The translations under genes and the position numbers were made by a program. Below, piece by piece: positions 21,858-33,776 of a stretch of DNA of 64,000 nucleotides (position 1 is its first letter; the number at the start of each line of letters is the position of its first letter). Source of the DNA: Macrostomum lignano (Eukaryota); contig NIVC01000598.1 of the NCBI GenBank assembly GCA_002269645.1, positions 248,001 through 312,000 of the forward strand, given 5' to 3'. The notes below the pieces were generated by a model, which was not told the origin of the DNA, did not search any database, and saw only the letters and a program-made list of their open reading frames with translations.

Positions 21858-22845
21858 AGTGTATGCTCTGAAAATGGGTAAGAAATTTTCATATGAGAGC
21901 CTAAAATAGAACAGATAAATTTCTAGAATATGAATTTAATTTTATAAATTTAATAAAAGATTTTAGTAATACACCAGATTTTATTTATGAAATTAAATAT
22001 TTTTCTAGGAGGCTTTTTTGCTTTAATATTAGTTGAAAAATAAAAAAACAATAGCCAGATAATCTTATATGATGTTTTGCCATTACCAATGGTAATATTG
22101 GAAACATAGGAGAAAAGTAAATTGTCAATGTCTTAAATAAGGGGAAGGATAGATAGCACAAAGGTTAAAAATACAAGTATTCTCAAAGATGTACATTTGC
22201 ACTTAATCTAAAGAGTTGCATATTAAAGAGATTAGACAGTAAGCTAGTGTATGCAGATAGGTCAATGATCTTAAAAGTTTTAAAGACATCTTTCATAATA
22301 TAGTTTTCATATACTAGGCGTTTATGAAATGTAATTACTAGTCTTAAACATACATTCTTTGCTAATTATAGGCCCTAGAATGTAGCTGAATAGCTTTCTA
22401 GGCATATGTTATTTGCATAGTACTGTGTAAATAGTACTGTCATTATTAATATGGTAGCTAAAATAAAGACAAGTTTTATACTGTGTAGTACTTATAGCTA
22501 TGGTCCAGTTATATATGTTCACAAATATATCCTTTTGAAGTTGAATGAGTTGTATTCTTGTTTGTTTCTTTTGAAATACTCTTTGTACTTTGCATTATTA
22601 ATAGTATGAGTATGAGCTAATAAAAATATGTTAAGCCATAAACACAAAAATTATACCTAAACTCTATCTTTTGACTTAGTTTAAACTTTTTTTTGAAAAT
22701 AAAAAATATAAGGACAAATATTGAATAGTCATATTATTTCTATATTATTTCAGTTATTTTATAAATAGGCCTAAGTTAAATAACACTGGCAATATTTATA
22801 CAGTAACATGTAAATAATGATGGCCAGCTTCCTATTACAAATTCT

Positions 22846-24027
22846 TCCTTCCAGTCAAGCCTTATTGTCATCTTTGTTGACTTCCTCAAGGCCTTCGACT
22901 CGGTGGCGCGCGGCGCGCTGCCTCACGTGCTCCGTGCCTACAACGTACTGCAGCAGCTGATCTCCGCCATCATGGCGCTGTATCAGGACACCACCGCCGC
23001 GGTAGCGACGCCAGACGGACCGTCGGACCTGTTTAGCACGACCTCCGGAGTGCTACAGGGTGACACTCTGGCGCCCTTTCTCTTCGTGCTGGTGATGGAC
23101 TGGGTGCTCAGGACCGGCCTGCCGACATCAGAGGACGGCTTTCTGCTGCAAAGGCGCACCAGTAGACGGCACCCGGAGAAGAAACTGTCTGTCCTTGGCT
23201 ACGCGGACGACCTCGCCCTGCTGTCTTCCACGGCCGAAGGCGCCCAATGGCTGCTGGACAGCCTGACTGAGGCGGCGGCGAGGGTCGGTCTCGTCATCAA
23301 CGCCAGGAAGACCGAGGTGCTGACGGTGCCGCATGATCTACCTGCCGAGATTCGACTTCGAGACGGCGACGGCCCCGGGACGGCGCTCCCGAAGTGCCTT
23401 CAGTTCATCTACCTCGGCGGACTGGTGCCGGACGTCGGTGACGACCTAGCGAGACGGCGCGGCAAGGCCTGGGCTGCCTTCCGATCTGTGCGGGCGGTGC
23501 TGCTCTCCGAGGCCCTGTCCGACGGCGCCAGGTCCCAGCTGTTCCAGGCGGTTGTTGAGACCGCCCTGCTGTACAATGCTGAGACCTGGATGCTGACCGG
23601 GGCGCTTGAGGCGCAGCTCGACGCGGCGCATGCGGCCCTAGTCCGCGCCGCTTTCGGCGCCCGCCGCGGCCCTGGCAGCGAGACAACCGAGTCCCTGTAC
23701 AAACGCACAGGCCTGACGCGGCCTTCTGCCCTGCTGAGTCAGCGGCGCCTGCGGCTTGCCGGACATGTCATCCGGGCCGAAGCCTACTGCCGAGAGCCGC
23801 TGCAGGACGTCCTGCTGTGGACCCCGCAGGGACCGCGCAGGCGTGGTCAGGGACGATCAGCCCGCTACGTCGACCGCCTTTTTGAAGATGCGCGAGCACC
23901 CAGCCAGACGGCCGGTGTGAAGCACATTAGAGACCTGGCTCTGAAACGCGCGATTTGACGCTCCCCCCTCTTGGCCACTCCCGTGGCTGGCGTGGGGCGT
24001 AACTATTATTATTATTATTATTATTAT
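22846..24027 (+). mobile_element. 5'-truncated RTE-clade LINE (second subfamily), RT C-terminal half
   Basis: ORF to 23958 with VDFLKAFDSV, GVLQGDTLAPFL, YADDL and FIYLGG; (ATT)n tail at 24004-24031; 13-bp TSD TATTACAAATTCT at 22833-22845 and 24028-24040. Confidence 0.95.
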
Positions 24028-25407
24028 TATTACAAATTCTAATTCTAAAAATTTTGCAATAAAATATATTTTCAAATATAATATTAATAAATTCTTTCTA
24101 TACAAAATGTTCTGTAGCAAATTTTCAAAAGCTATAATAAAGTTCCCAATTCTGCAATCAAATGATTACAACCTTAGTCTTAGACTCTATTGTCAATCAA
24201 TATATAAGCAGTGTTGGGCACTGTTAATGAAAATCATAACCTCTGTTAATGGCAAAAGTGTTAACATTGAAACACAAAAACTTTAACTTATAAACACTTA
24301 ATTTTTTATGAGGAAGGGCACTTATAATACGTACAAATGTTTTAAATTTACTCATTTTGCCTATTATAGGCCTATTTTGAAGAAAACCATTTTTCAAATT
24401 TGCGCTAAAATACTAACCTTTGTTTAAATGTTGTGATTTGCAAAAATATTCTCACAATTAGTATTTGTTTTAAACTGCAATAAATATTGATATAAATAGA
24501 GGCCGTGAGTGGGCCAAATGAAGCAACTTGTTTTGAGCTTCCAATTGCAAGCAAAGTTTAATAAGTCCTTACTAAATCTTAAAAAGCAGTTGTTCAAATT
24601 GACTTTTTCATTTTCTAGAGTTTAAGCCCCCTATTGGGAGAATTAGAGAACTGCTAAGGAGCGAGAATTGCCTCAGGGCAATAACCCTATAGAGTATATA
24701 ACTGCCTCAGGGCAGGAAAAGCACCTCAGGGCAAGGAAAATGCATAAGGCTATGACCCTCTGATCCAGGGAATGCCCAGGACTGAGAGAAAACTTATAGG
24801 AGTAAATAGAGTACTTGTAGACAGTGCCATTAGACCACTCAGACCAAAGAGTACAGTATATGTACAGATGCTACTAATAAGATAAGTAGACGCTACCAAT
24901 ATAGAAGTAGATAGAGGAATAGTCATACTACCAATAATTATAAGTACATTTGTGCAAAAATACATTAATTAAATTAAGTATAGGAATTAGCCCTGCAATA
25001 GCTTTGGTGGCATTGTGAGATTATTTATAAAGACAGAAGTAACCCCTACATCAGTTAAGTTAATTATTAATAAGCATTAATCTGTTAAAGTTAACATATA
25101 AAAACAGAAATCTTGCACTTTTTTCCAAATCAGACTCCATAATGCAGTGTCTTCATCTTTTTAGCCAAATTCTTGTAAGAGAAAATAGTGATAATAATAC
25201 ATTCAAAGGGCTGTTAATACTAACATTTTACTAATACAAACAATCACTTCTATAAATATTCTATATTGTTGGCTATTGTCAACTCTGCTATATGCTAATG
25301 CTATGAACACTGCATTAAGTATACATACTACTACTATCTGATTGTAAGTGAAAGTTCTCAGATATTAAGTCATTTCACTTCAAACTATCATTATTATTAT
25401 TAATTTA

Positions 25408-26806
25408 TTAGTATTCAATATAATCTCTATCAGAAGCAATAATATTGTGCCAATGTGCATGCAGAGAATAGATACCCTAGAGCTGTCAAAATTAGAGATT
25501 TTATTTGAGATGAGATTCGAGACAAGAAAGGCTTATAAGTCGAGAATTTTGAGACGAGACAAGACAAAGTAAATCTAAAAAATATATTTCAGAATTGCAT
25601 CTTGTCTTGCTCTTATCTTGCCTTATCTTGTCTTAAATTTCTTGATAAGATACAATTCTAAAATTTATTTTTTAGATTTTCCAGAATACTTTCTTAATTC
25701 TAGTTTAAATTCTTTGCTATTTATTTATAAGAATTTATGCTTGTAGCATATAGGCCCTTGGCCCTACTATGTCTATTACTAATTTGTCAAAAGACCTGTG
25801 TAGATTGTCTTCAAGTCTGCTATGATACACCTTGCTGCAGAACTGAAATGATAACTAAAAGAGCGCATATGCAATGCAAACTCGTATATAACGATGTTTG
25901 TTAAATAATTGCTCGACATTGGCTAGATTTTATTTTACCATTTGAAAATTACCCTATCAAGCGTGTTACAACAAACAGTTGTATTTATATGAAAATTTGC
26001 TCCCCTTTTTATATCTTATCACTTAAAAGCTTTTGAAAAAAGGTATCAGAAAAATTCTTGAATCTTGTTGCGAATTTCTTGACAAAATTTGAGATTTCTC
26101 GAGACAAGAAAAAATGTTGAGATCTTGTTTCAAATCTTGTCTTGTCAAGATCTCGTGACAGCTCTAGGATACTTGGAGCTTTGGGAGTCAAAGAAGTCAT
26201 GCAGATGCTCCTCGACCTCTAAGTCCTCATCCTTGAAGCTGTGATCAGCCATAGACTGGCTGAGCATAGCAAAAAGGTGGTAGTTGGTAAGTGCAATATC
26301 TGGGCTATAAGGTGGATGGAAAAGAACCTCCCAACCAAAGGCTAGCAGCAGAGAGAATGGGTAACTTCTATGCGGCTATCCAGGTCATGGGCTACCAGCT
26401 TGTGCAGCACCCAACACCCAAGTTTAGCTTTCATCTATATCTGGCAGAGATGATTGACAATAGCCATCTAGTGCATATTCAGCTCATCAGCCAACTCACC
26501 TGTTGTCTGCTGATTGTTCTCCACAAGGAGGGCTTCTAGGGTATCATTATTGAGTTCAGGTAGATGCCCATTGCAAGGTCTGTCTTCAAGGCCCAGTTCT
26601 CCATTCTTGAAGCACTTGTACTTGTACCTATTGTACCCCAAAGAGGTCTTGATGGTAGACGAGCCGAATGCAATGTTGATGTCAGCAATGAAATTTGCCA
26701 CTTTCTTGCCACAAAGGAAATCATTCAGCAACAGCATCAAGAGCCGAAGCTGATGTTTTGTCAAAGGGTTAGATTGCACCATATTAGTGCTGCGCAGCTG
26801 AAGCAA
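25408..26806 (-). pseudogene. Degenerate mariner transposase, interrupted by a MITE
   Basis: INIAFGSSTI...FKNGELGLEDRPCNGHLPELNNDTLEALLVENNQQTTGELADEL is the mariner HTH region. The C-terminal GIYSLHAHWHNIIASDRDYIEY-stop lies on the other side of the MITE (25408-25477). Multiple frameshifts. Confidence 0.75.
25478..26166. mobile_element. hAT-like MITE inserted in the mariner fossil
   Basis: TIR TAGAGCTGTCA / TGACAGCTCTA, internal GAGACAAGA subterminal repeats, and degenerate 8-bp flanks AGATACCC / GGATACTT. Confidence 0.7.
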
Positions 26807-26986
26807 GGTTCAATCCATACAGTGTAGTTGCAGGGTACAATTGTTCACCCTATTTTTACCCATGAAAAAGTTCTAGAACATTCCAGATAAAAAGTTATAC
26901 TCAAATGTTAAAAAAATTCTGAAAACTTTCCCTAAAATCAGATCTACTAGTATTGATACGATACTTTGTTGGTAAATGGTAATATA

Positions 26987-27406
26987 CTCAGCAAAAGCCA
27001 AAACCCCCCACCCAACTCACGCTGTCACTGTCACACGGCCCAAAAGTTTTGTATGCCATCGGTGACTCGGAAGCAGCTCAGCATTCGCACATTCAAATTG
27101 AACTGACCGTCAAAGTCTTCAGACATGAATCCCATCGAACATGTCTGGGACTTTGTAAAGCGAAGAGTTCAGCAGGATGCCCCACAGAATGCCGAACAGT
27201 TGCGACTGGCGGTGCTGAATGCCTGGCAGCAGCTGCCCCAAGAGTTCATCAACCTGCTGGTGATCAGGATGCCACGACGAGTCACGGCACTTTTGCATGC
27301 TCGTGGTTCCTACACACGATACTGAGACTAGAATTAAAGACATTGCTTAACTTTTGTGCCCGTGTGACAGCGTGAGTTGGGGGGGGGGGGTTCAGCTGTT
27401 GCTGAG
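26987..27406 (+). mobile_element. Internally deleted Tc1 element (420 bp) keeping the transposase C-terminus
   Basis: TA flanks, TIRs of about 42 bp CTCAGCAA...CCAACTCACGCTGTCAC, and DMNPIEHVWDFVKRRV...AWQQLPQEFINLLVIRMPRRVTALLHARGSYTRY. Confidence 0.9.
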
Positions 27407-30400
27407 TATACTGTATATCCAACAATAAACATACCCCCTGCCTCTTAAATTCAGCTGATTCTTATAAAGTAAGTCAATGCTGATCATTGGCATTTAATGA
27501 TTACTTTAGCTCCGAGAAGTAGACTTGAACTAGGCTAGTATAGTAAGCTTGCAATAAGAATGCGAATATAAATTTCGCAGAAAATGAATATTTTAAAATG
27601 ATGTTTTGAAAAAAGCAACCTACTCATTACAACAAATCTTATACTCAGTCTAATGTCTTATAATTAGATAACCGCTTATAATTTCTAAAATTGACAGTAT
27701 TTCACATGTTTATTATAAGTTAAATTTTAATTTGCTTAGAAAATCTAACTATCTGCCGAATGCAATTTGCAGCAAAAACAGTCTGGACTGCAGTAATTCG
27801 TAACGGTTACTTCTAGTGGTCCTTGTTCGTAAGATTTGCGAGTGTAACGCGGTTCTGGATGTAATTAATTCTGCTTTCTTATATAGTAATTGATGGTCCG
27901 CGACCAGTCCTAAAAGAACTACATATGTACAATGATAGGGTCAAAGTATGCTGCTGGTAACATTTACTACACATGTACGGATCTAACCATCGAAAATTAA
28001 ACTATCTATTGCATAATAGGTACTGATGCGACAGCGTTCCGGCCAACAGGATTTGTAAGGTTATTTTCCACAATCTCTAATTCCCTTCCCCGCGATTACT
28101 CATCCACATCCCGCCTACACTTCCGCGTTGTTGCGAAAGCACTGAAGCTCGTTGAACGCGCATACAAAAGCTTTTATTCCCGAAAGCTAGCTATTTCCTT
28201 CTCGATCACGCGAGTTTCCATTTTTTCATCCCTAATGGAACTAAGACAATTGTAAGTCGTCGGCTCCAATGCTACGCTCGTAGATAATGGATTCATGATT
28301 TAGAGGATTGTAAAATTGTAAGTTGAAGTTTACTGGCTTTACTGGCTTTAGAGAAAACGACTCCATCTTTAAAAATGAGCGGCTGATGATAAAATGATGT
28401 TAATATACTGCAGATCTAGCTAAATGTTCATGCAGCACTTTCGAAAACTGCCCGCGATGTATTCATACGAATTACCAGGAACTTGGATGTGAAATCTATG
28501 TAGTTGCAAGCATTCGATCGTAATAAAAAACCACACAGAATTATTTCGTACGAAATCCACTGATTATATATACTCTTACTTGGATCCCCGGGCCCTGGCA
28601 ATACGCTCCTACGGTTAGGTGAGCACCTTATGGCCAACAGCTTTGATCAGTTATTTTAACGCAAATGCCCAAATGCCGTAAAGACGGTCTCTGACTGTTT
28701 TTACCCTGGTTGCCTTCTGGCAGCTTGTCTAAGGGTTGTGCGCAATCCGATTGGCTATGCCAATTTCTAAGGGTCCGCCCCGGAGGGGCTGTGCCTGTTC
28801 TAAAAATAAACCCTATCTTTCTTAGGTGTACATTCCAATTATTTGGCCCTCGGCCTTGGTTTAGGGGGGGTGGTGCCCGGAGTGAGTTGGTTCTCTGGAC
28901 TGCAGTGTGGCTAGGACGGGACTGAGCCCCCCGGTCGTACCCGCCCTGCAGGAAAGAAAATGACCAATTCACAAAGGTGTACGGTAGACCCAGTAGCATG
29001 CCAGCCCTGAGGCTGAGCACCCGGGCTGCAGGTCGGCAAGCTGCCTGCTCTAGGGCTATGGTGCTCCTCCCTTCTGCCAATCTTTTTCTGGGCTGGCATC
29101 CCAGCGCTGTTTTATCCCTAGCTTTGTGCCTTTGTGGCTTTTTATTCTTTTAATCTTTTATCTGGCCAATAGAAGCCTTCCAATTCTCGGAGTTATGAGC
29201 TCTGCCCTTGCCCGGTCCATCTTGCCCTGTCCTCGGGTCCATCTCCTGGCTCCTGCTGAAGGTCCCTGCTTGCGTGTCTCTGGCTCTCATCCTGACAGTG
29301 GATTGGTGTCCTGGGAAGGATGTTCGTCCCGTACCGGGGACAACCGGCTGAGTCCGGAGTCCTCTTGCCCTGGGTGCCTCTTCTCCCGACCCCTTGGCCT
29401 GGCCCCCAATAATGAGCTGGATAGGCGATGCCCTTGGGTTGGTAGCAATAGAGGTGTTGCCATGTCCGCCTAGAGTCTCCCCCTCGGATACAAGCCTTCC
29501 AGACTCACTCCAATATAGAGCTGGGTAGTGAAAAGCCTTGAGGCTCGAGACCTACAGGCCAAGCTGTATAGGATCGCTCTTGGTAAATAGCTGCCCAGAC
29601 TCGCTCCAATAGTTTAAGCCATTTCCGCAGGTTTAGGAGTAACTCCTCACTCGGACCGCTTTTTTCAAGTAGTATTTCAAGCATTTCGCTCTCCAATTTT
29701 TCTGCGCACTCCCAAGGACTCGCTGGCTGGGGGGTGGCCTGGGTGGACTCGGTCCTAGCACCGTCCCTGATTCCACTGTTTGGGTTGGCGGTGTCTTGTA
29801 CCGTAGGCTTGGGTCAACTCGCCCTTTCCCTAGCTTTAAGCTGGGCCCAATCCCAATGTATTCATGGGGTATCTCGGGCCCTGGACAGCTAATGCCTTGG
29901 CCCCTGGAAGTGCCCCTCGCGGCAGAGCCCACCCCAGGGCTGATCCGCGGGTCCCCCTAGGACCCTTTCGTTTAACAAAAACAACAACAACAAATCTACG
30001 AGACATCCAGGGCTTTCACGTGGTAAATCTATGAACAATCCATGGTATTCCCGTGAAATTAAGAGCTCAAATTAATCTTGTAACAGTAGTCAACAGTTAG
30101 TACCGTGTGCAAAAAAAAGTAAATATGCCTAAACCAATTACAATATAAAACATACATTTTGAAAGAAGCAGCATATTTTTAAAATTAAGGATGCGTCATA
30201 ATTGAAAAAAGTTGTTTATGTTTAAGTTAACGCTTTATTTAAATATGCTTAATCAATTCATTTTTTAGGCGCATGCATGCATCCAGGTATTTGCGCTATC
30301 GATCATGCGCATTGCGCAGCTAGTGAGCTACATTAGCCTTCGCAGCTATAAGCTAAATGAGTCATGGTAGTAGGATTAACATTGACCGACTGAGATACAA

Positions 30401-31196
30401 ATAAATAGTTGCAACCTAATAATAAGGTGTATTTACCGAACTTTGTTGTAGATCTTTTTTAAAAACATTTATCAATTATCACTTATCAGGACTACTGAGT
30501 CTGTGTCTGAGTGTAGTTATGTTATTGTTCATGTTAGTTTTGTTTTTGGTCTGCTAATAATACTAAAATAGGATAGGGCTAAGCGCCTATGCCATTAAAA
30601 AAATATGTTTTAATTTTTTAAATATTTTCTAAGCCTAGGGTAGGCTACTAGGCCCATGCTGCCCATATCTTATTATTTTTGTAATTTTTGTCTAACCTTT
30701 GAATTTGTCTTTGACATACTTTTCAGGGGTTAAAATTTGCATTGTTGGATAAGTTCCTTGAAAAAAACTTATCTTTATCATGTTACTATAAGTTGTAACT
30801 TAACTTTTTAGTTCTTACCTAAGTTAGGGACCTAGGCCCTACCACTTTAAAAAATAATATTTAGCTTGTGTTATTGTTAACATTTCTATTACTGCTAACT
30901 TTTTACTCACAAATTCTAATGTTCTTAATGTGATAGGACTATTTCTTATTCTTATTCTATATTTTTTTTAAAGCTACCATCAAAGTTGTTACAATGCTCC
31001 TTGTTTTCTTTATTCTTTATTAAAATCCTAATAATGACACTAAATTAAAATTGTAACTGTGATTTAAGTCTAGGCCCTACCTTTTGCAATGATCCTACTA
31101 TTATTTTTAGGCAGTTGTTATTATTACGGTAACCATATAAATAGTGAAATGGTTATTTTTACAGTTAACATTTAAAACAAATCTAAAAATCCTAAA

Positions 31197-32710
31197 TCTA
31201 TATACTAATTTTGCACTGTATTTGTGCGTGCATGCGTGTAATTGATTTTTTCAAGAATGGCTCAACCAATTCTCTTCAAACTTGCATTATTCAATCAGAA
31301 AATTTCCTGGGACAGTTCGTGCATCTTGGCTAAGAAATTGCTCAATATTAAAGGGATTAAATATTGAAAACATGATTTTTTGCAAAGTTCAAGCAGTTCT
31401 TTTGACCTGAAATGCATTGTAAGAATGCTAGAAAAAACCTGACTGACTGAATTTCAATTCTAATAAGATTGCATCACAACAAGTTGAAAACAGTGCCGAA
31501 GAAATGCATACACGACTTGATTTAAATTGTGTAACCATATTGCTAACTTAAATTGAGACTGATACTAGCTGACTAAGAAATTGATTATGTCATAACTTTT
31601 TGCTCTAACTGACTTGCTGAAAGATTGAATTATAAGGGCCACAATTCATGTTCTCCAATCGACAAGAGATAGCCTAGATGCGAACAGACTAGACTGCTAA
31701 TTCAGCAACCTGGGTTTGAATCTTAGTAGTGCAAAATAATTTTTTATTAAAACATCTTAAAAACAAAATGCTAAACATAAAAGAAGCACAATGTCAAACA
31801 AAAGTGGCACCATTTCAAACATTAAAGGCCACCATGTCAAACATATATGTGACTCCATGTCTAACATTAAAGATTCACCATGTCAAACATTAAAGGGCCA
31901 CCATGTCAAACATTAAAGGGCCACTATGTCAAACATTAAAGAGCCATCATTATAGACATTAATTTGCCACCAGGTCAAACATTAAAGAGCCACCATGTCA
32001 AATACAAAACAGCTACCATGTCAAACATAAAACTGGCACGATGTCTAACATTAAAGAGCCACCATATCAAACATTAAAGAGCCACCATATCAAACAATAA
32101 AGAGCCACCATGTCAAACATAATAGAGACAATTACAAACGTAAAAAGAAGTGTCATGCCAATCATAAAGTAGCCACTATAAAGCTAAGGAAATTATTGCA
32201 CTAGATACTTATTGTCTGGTGGATGCTTGCTATTTAAGATAGATACTTGCTATCAATTGGATGCTTGCTATCTGGAGGTGCTTGCTATTTGGGGATGCTT
32301 GCTTTCTAAGGGTGCTTGCTATTAGGTGGATGCTTGCTATCTTGGGGTGCTTACTATCTGGGGTGCCTACTATCTGGGGGTGCTTGCTATTTAGAGATGC
32401 TTGCTATCTGGGGATGCTTGCTATCTAGGGGTGCTTGCTATCTAAAGGTGCTTGCTATTAGATGGATGCTTGCTATCTGGGGTGCCTGCTATCTAGGGGT
32501 GCTTGCTATCTGGAGATGCTTGCTATCTGGGGGTGCTTGCTATCTGGGGGGTTGCTTGCTGTCCTAGGATGTTTTATTTTTGCATTGCACTTTATTTGAG
32601 CAGTTTTTCTATTGTCTATGTGAAGGCTTTATTTGGCTGTCTTTTTGATACTTGTAGAAAGCCAAAGATTCTATCTAGATGCCCCCCTATTGGGGGGCAA
32701 AGATTGCTAG
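31197..32710 (+). mobile_element. Non-autonomous Helitron copy A with internal 23-bp and 18-bp minisatellites
   Basis: 5' A|TCTATATACTAA; 3' GC hairpin CCCCC-TATT-GGGGG followed by AAAGATTGCTAG|T; colinear with the inverted copy B. Confidence 0.8.
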
Positions 32711-33776
32711 TACTACCTAAATAAAGTGATGAACTTGCGGTGCAAATACTACAATGGTTAAATTAAAAAAATAAAGAAATGTATCATTAATAAATACCAT
32801 GATAACTTTTAGTGGATTCTGTCATGGTAGCTTACCTTAGGTAATTGTTAACTATACATTGTAATTTAACTGAAATTTCTTCCACACAACCATAAAAATA
32901 ACTATTTTGCTTCCTACCTATGGTAACCATAAAAATAACAGTTTTGCTATTCATATGGTTACATAAATAAAAACCATAGGCCCAGATAGTGTCTTATGCA
33001 TTAACCGTAAAAATAGCCATTTTGTTATTTATACAATCATTGTAATATTAACAACTGCCATTTTTTTTAATGTAAAGAAATAAACAAGTCTTTTTAACAT
33101 TGTAGATAGCAATTTAATATGCAAACAACTTTATTAGTTTACTAGCTCATAACATAAGCAACAAGTCAATAAGTTAACAAGTCAAGTTATTCTTCTTGGC
33201 TTGCTCTAGGCTCCTATTTATATTCTTTCAGAGATTTGTTAAAAACATTTTATTTTATAAAAATGTTATCTGGTATCACAACAGTCTATTATTTACTATT
33301 CTATTTAGTATATTTTAAAAAAATAAATCTTTGCTTTTTCATAATTATATTGCTATTAACTAATGCCAATGCTTAGTAGAGGAACAATATACAAAAATTC
33401 ATAATTGCAAAAAGCCAAAAAGAAATACACCAAAAGAACATTTATTGGCTATCTTGTAGAATCATTTGTTAAACTCACTATATACACATTTTTTAGCTAT
33501 TGACATTGAACTTTTCTAAAATGAATATTTTTATTATGCCAATATTTTAGAAATGTTTTGGCATTAAAATTCCATTGTTAATCCTTAATTGAGATTAAGA
33601 TTAATTGAAATTGAATCCATATTAGGGTAGAAGGTTGTCTGCTAGCTATTTTTAAGTGGAAAGCACTTTATTTGCTATATTTGCAGCTTAGCATTTCTAA
33701 CCTCAAAACCCTCTTTAAAGCCCCAGGGTTTGTAACTAATTTTGGCACTGTTTTGCCAGTGAAATTAGTGCATAAA

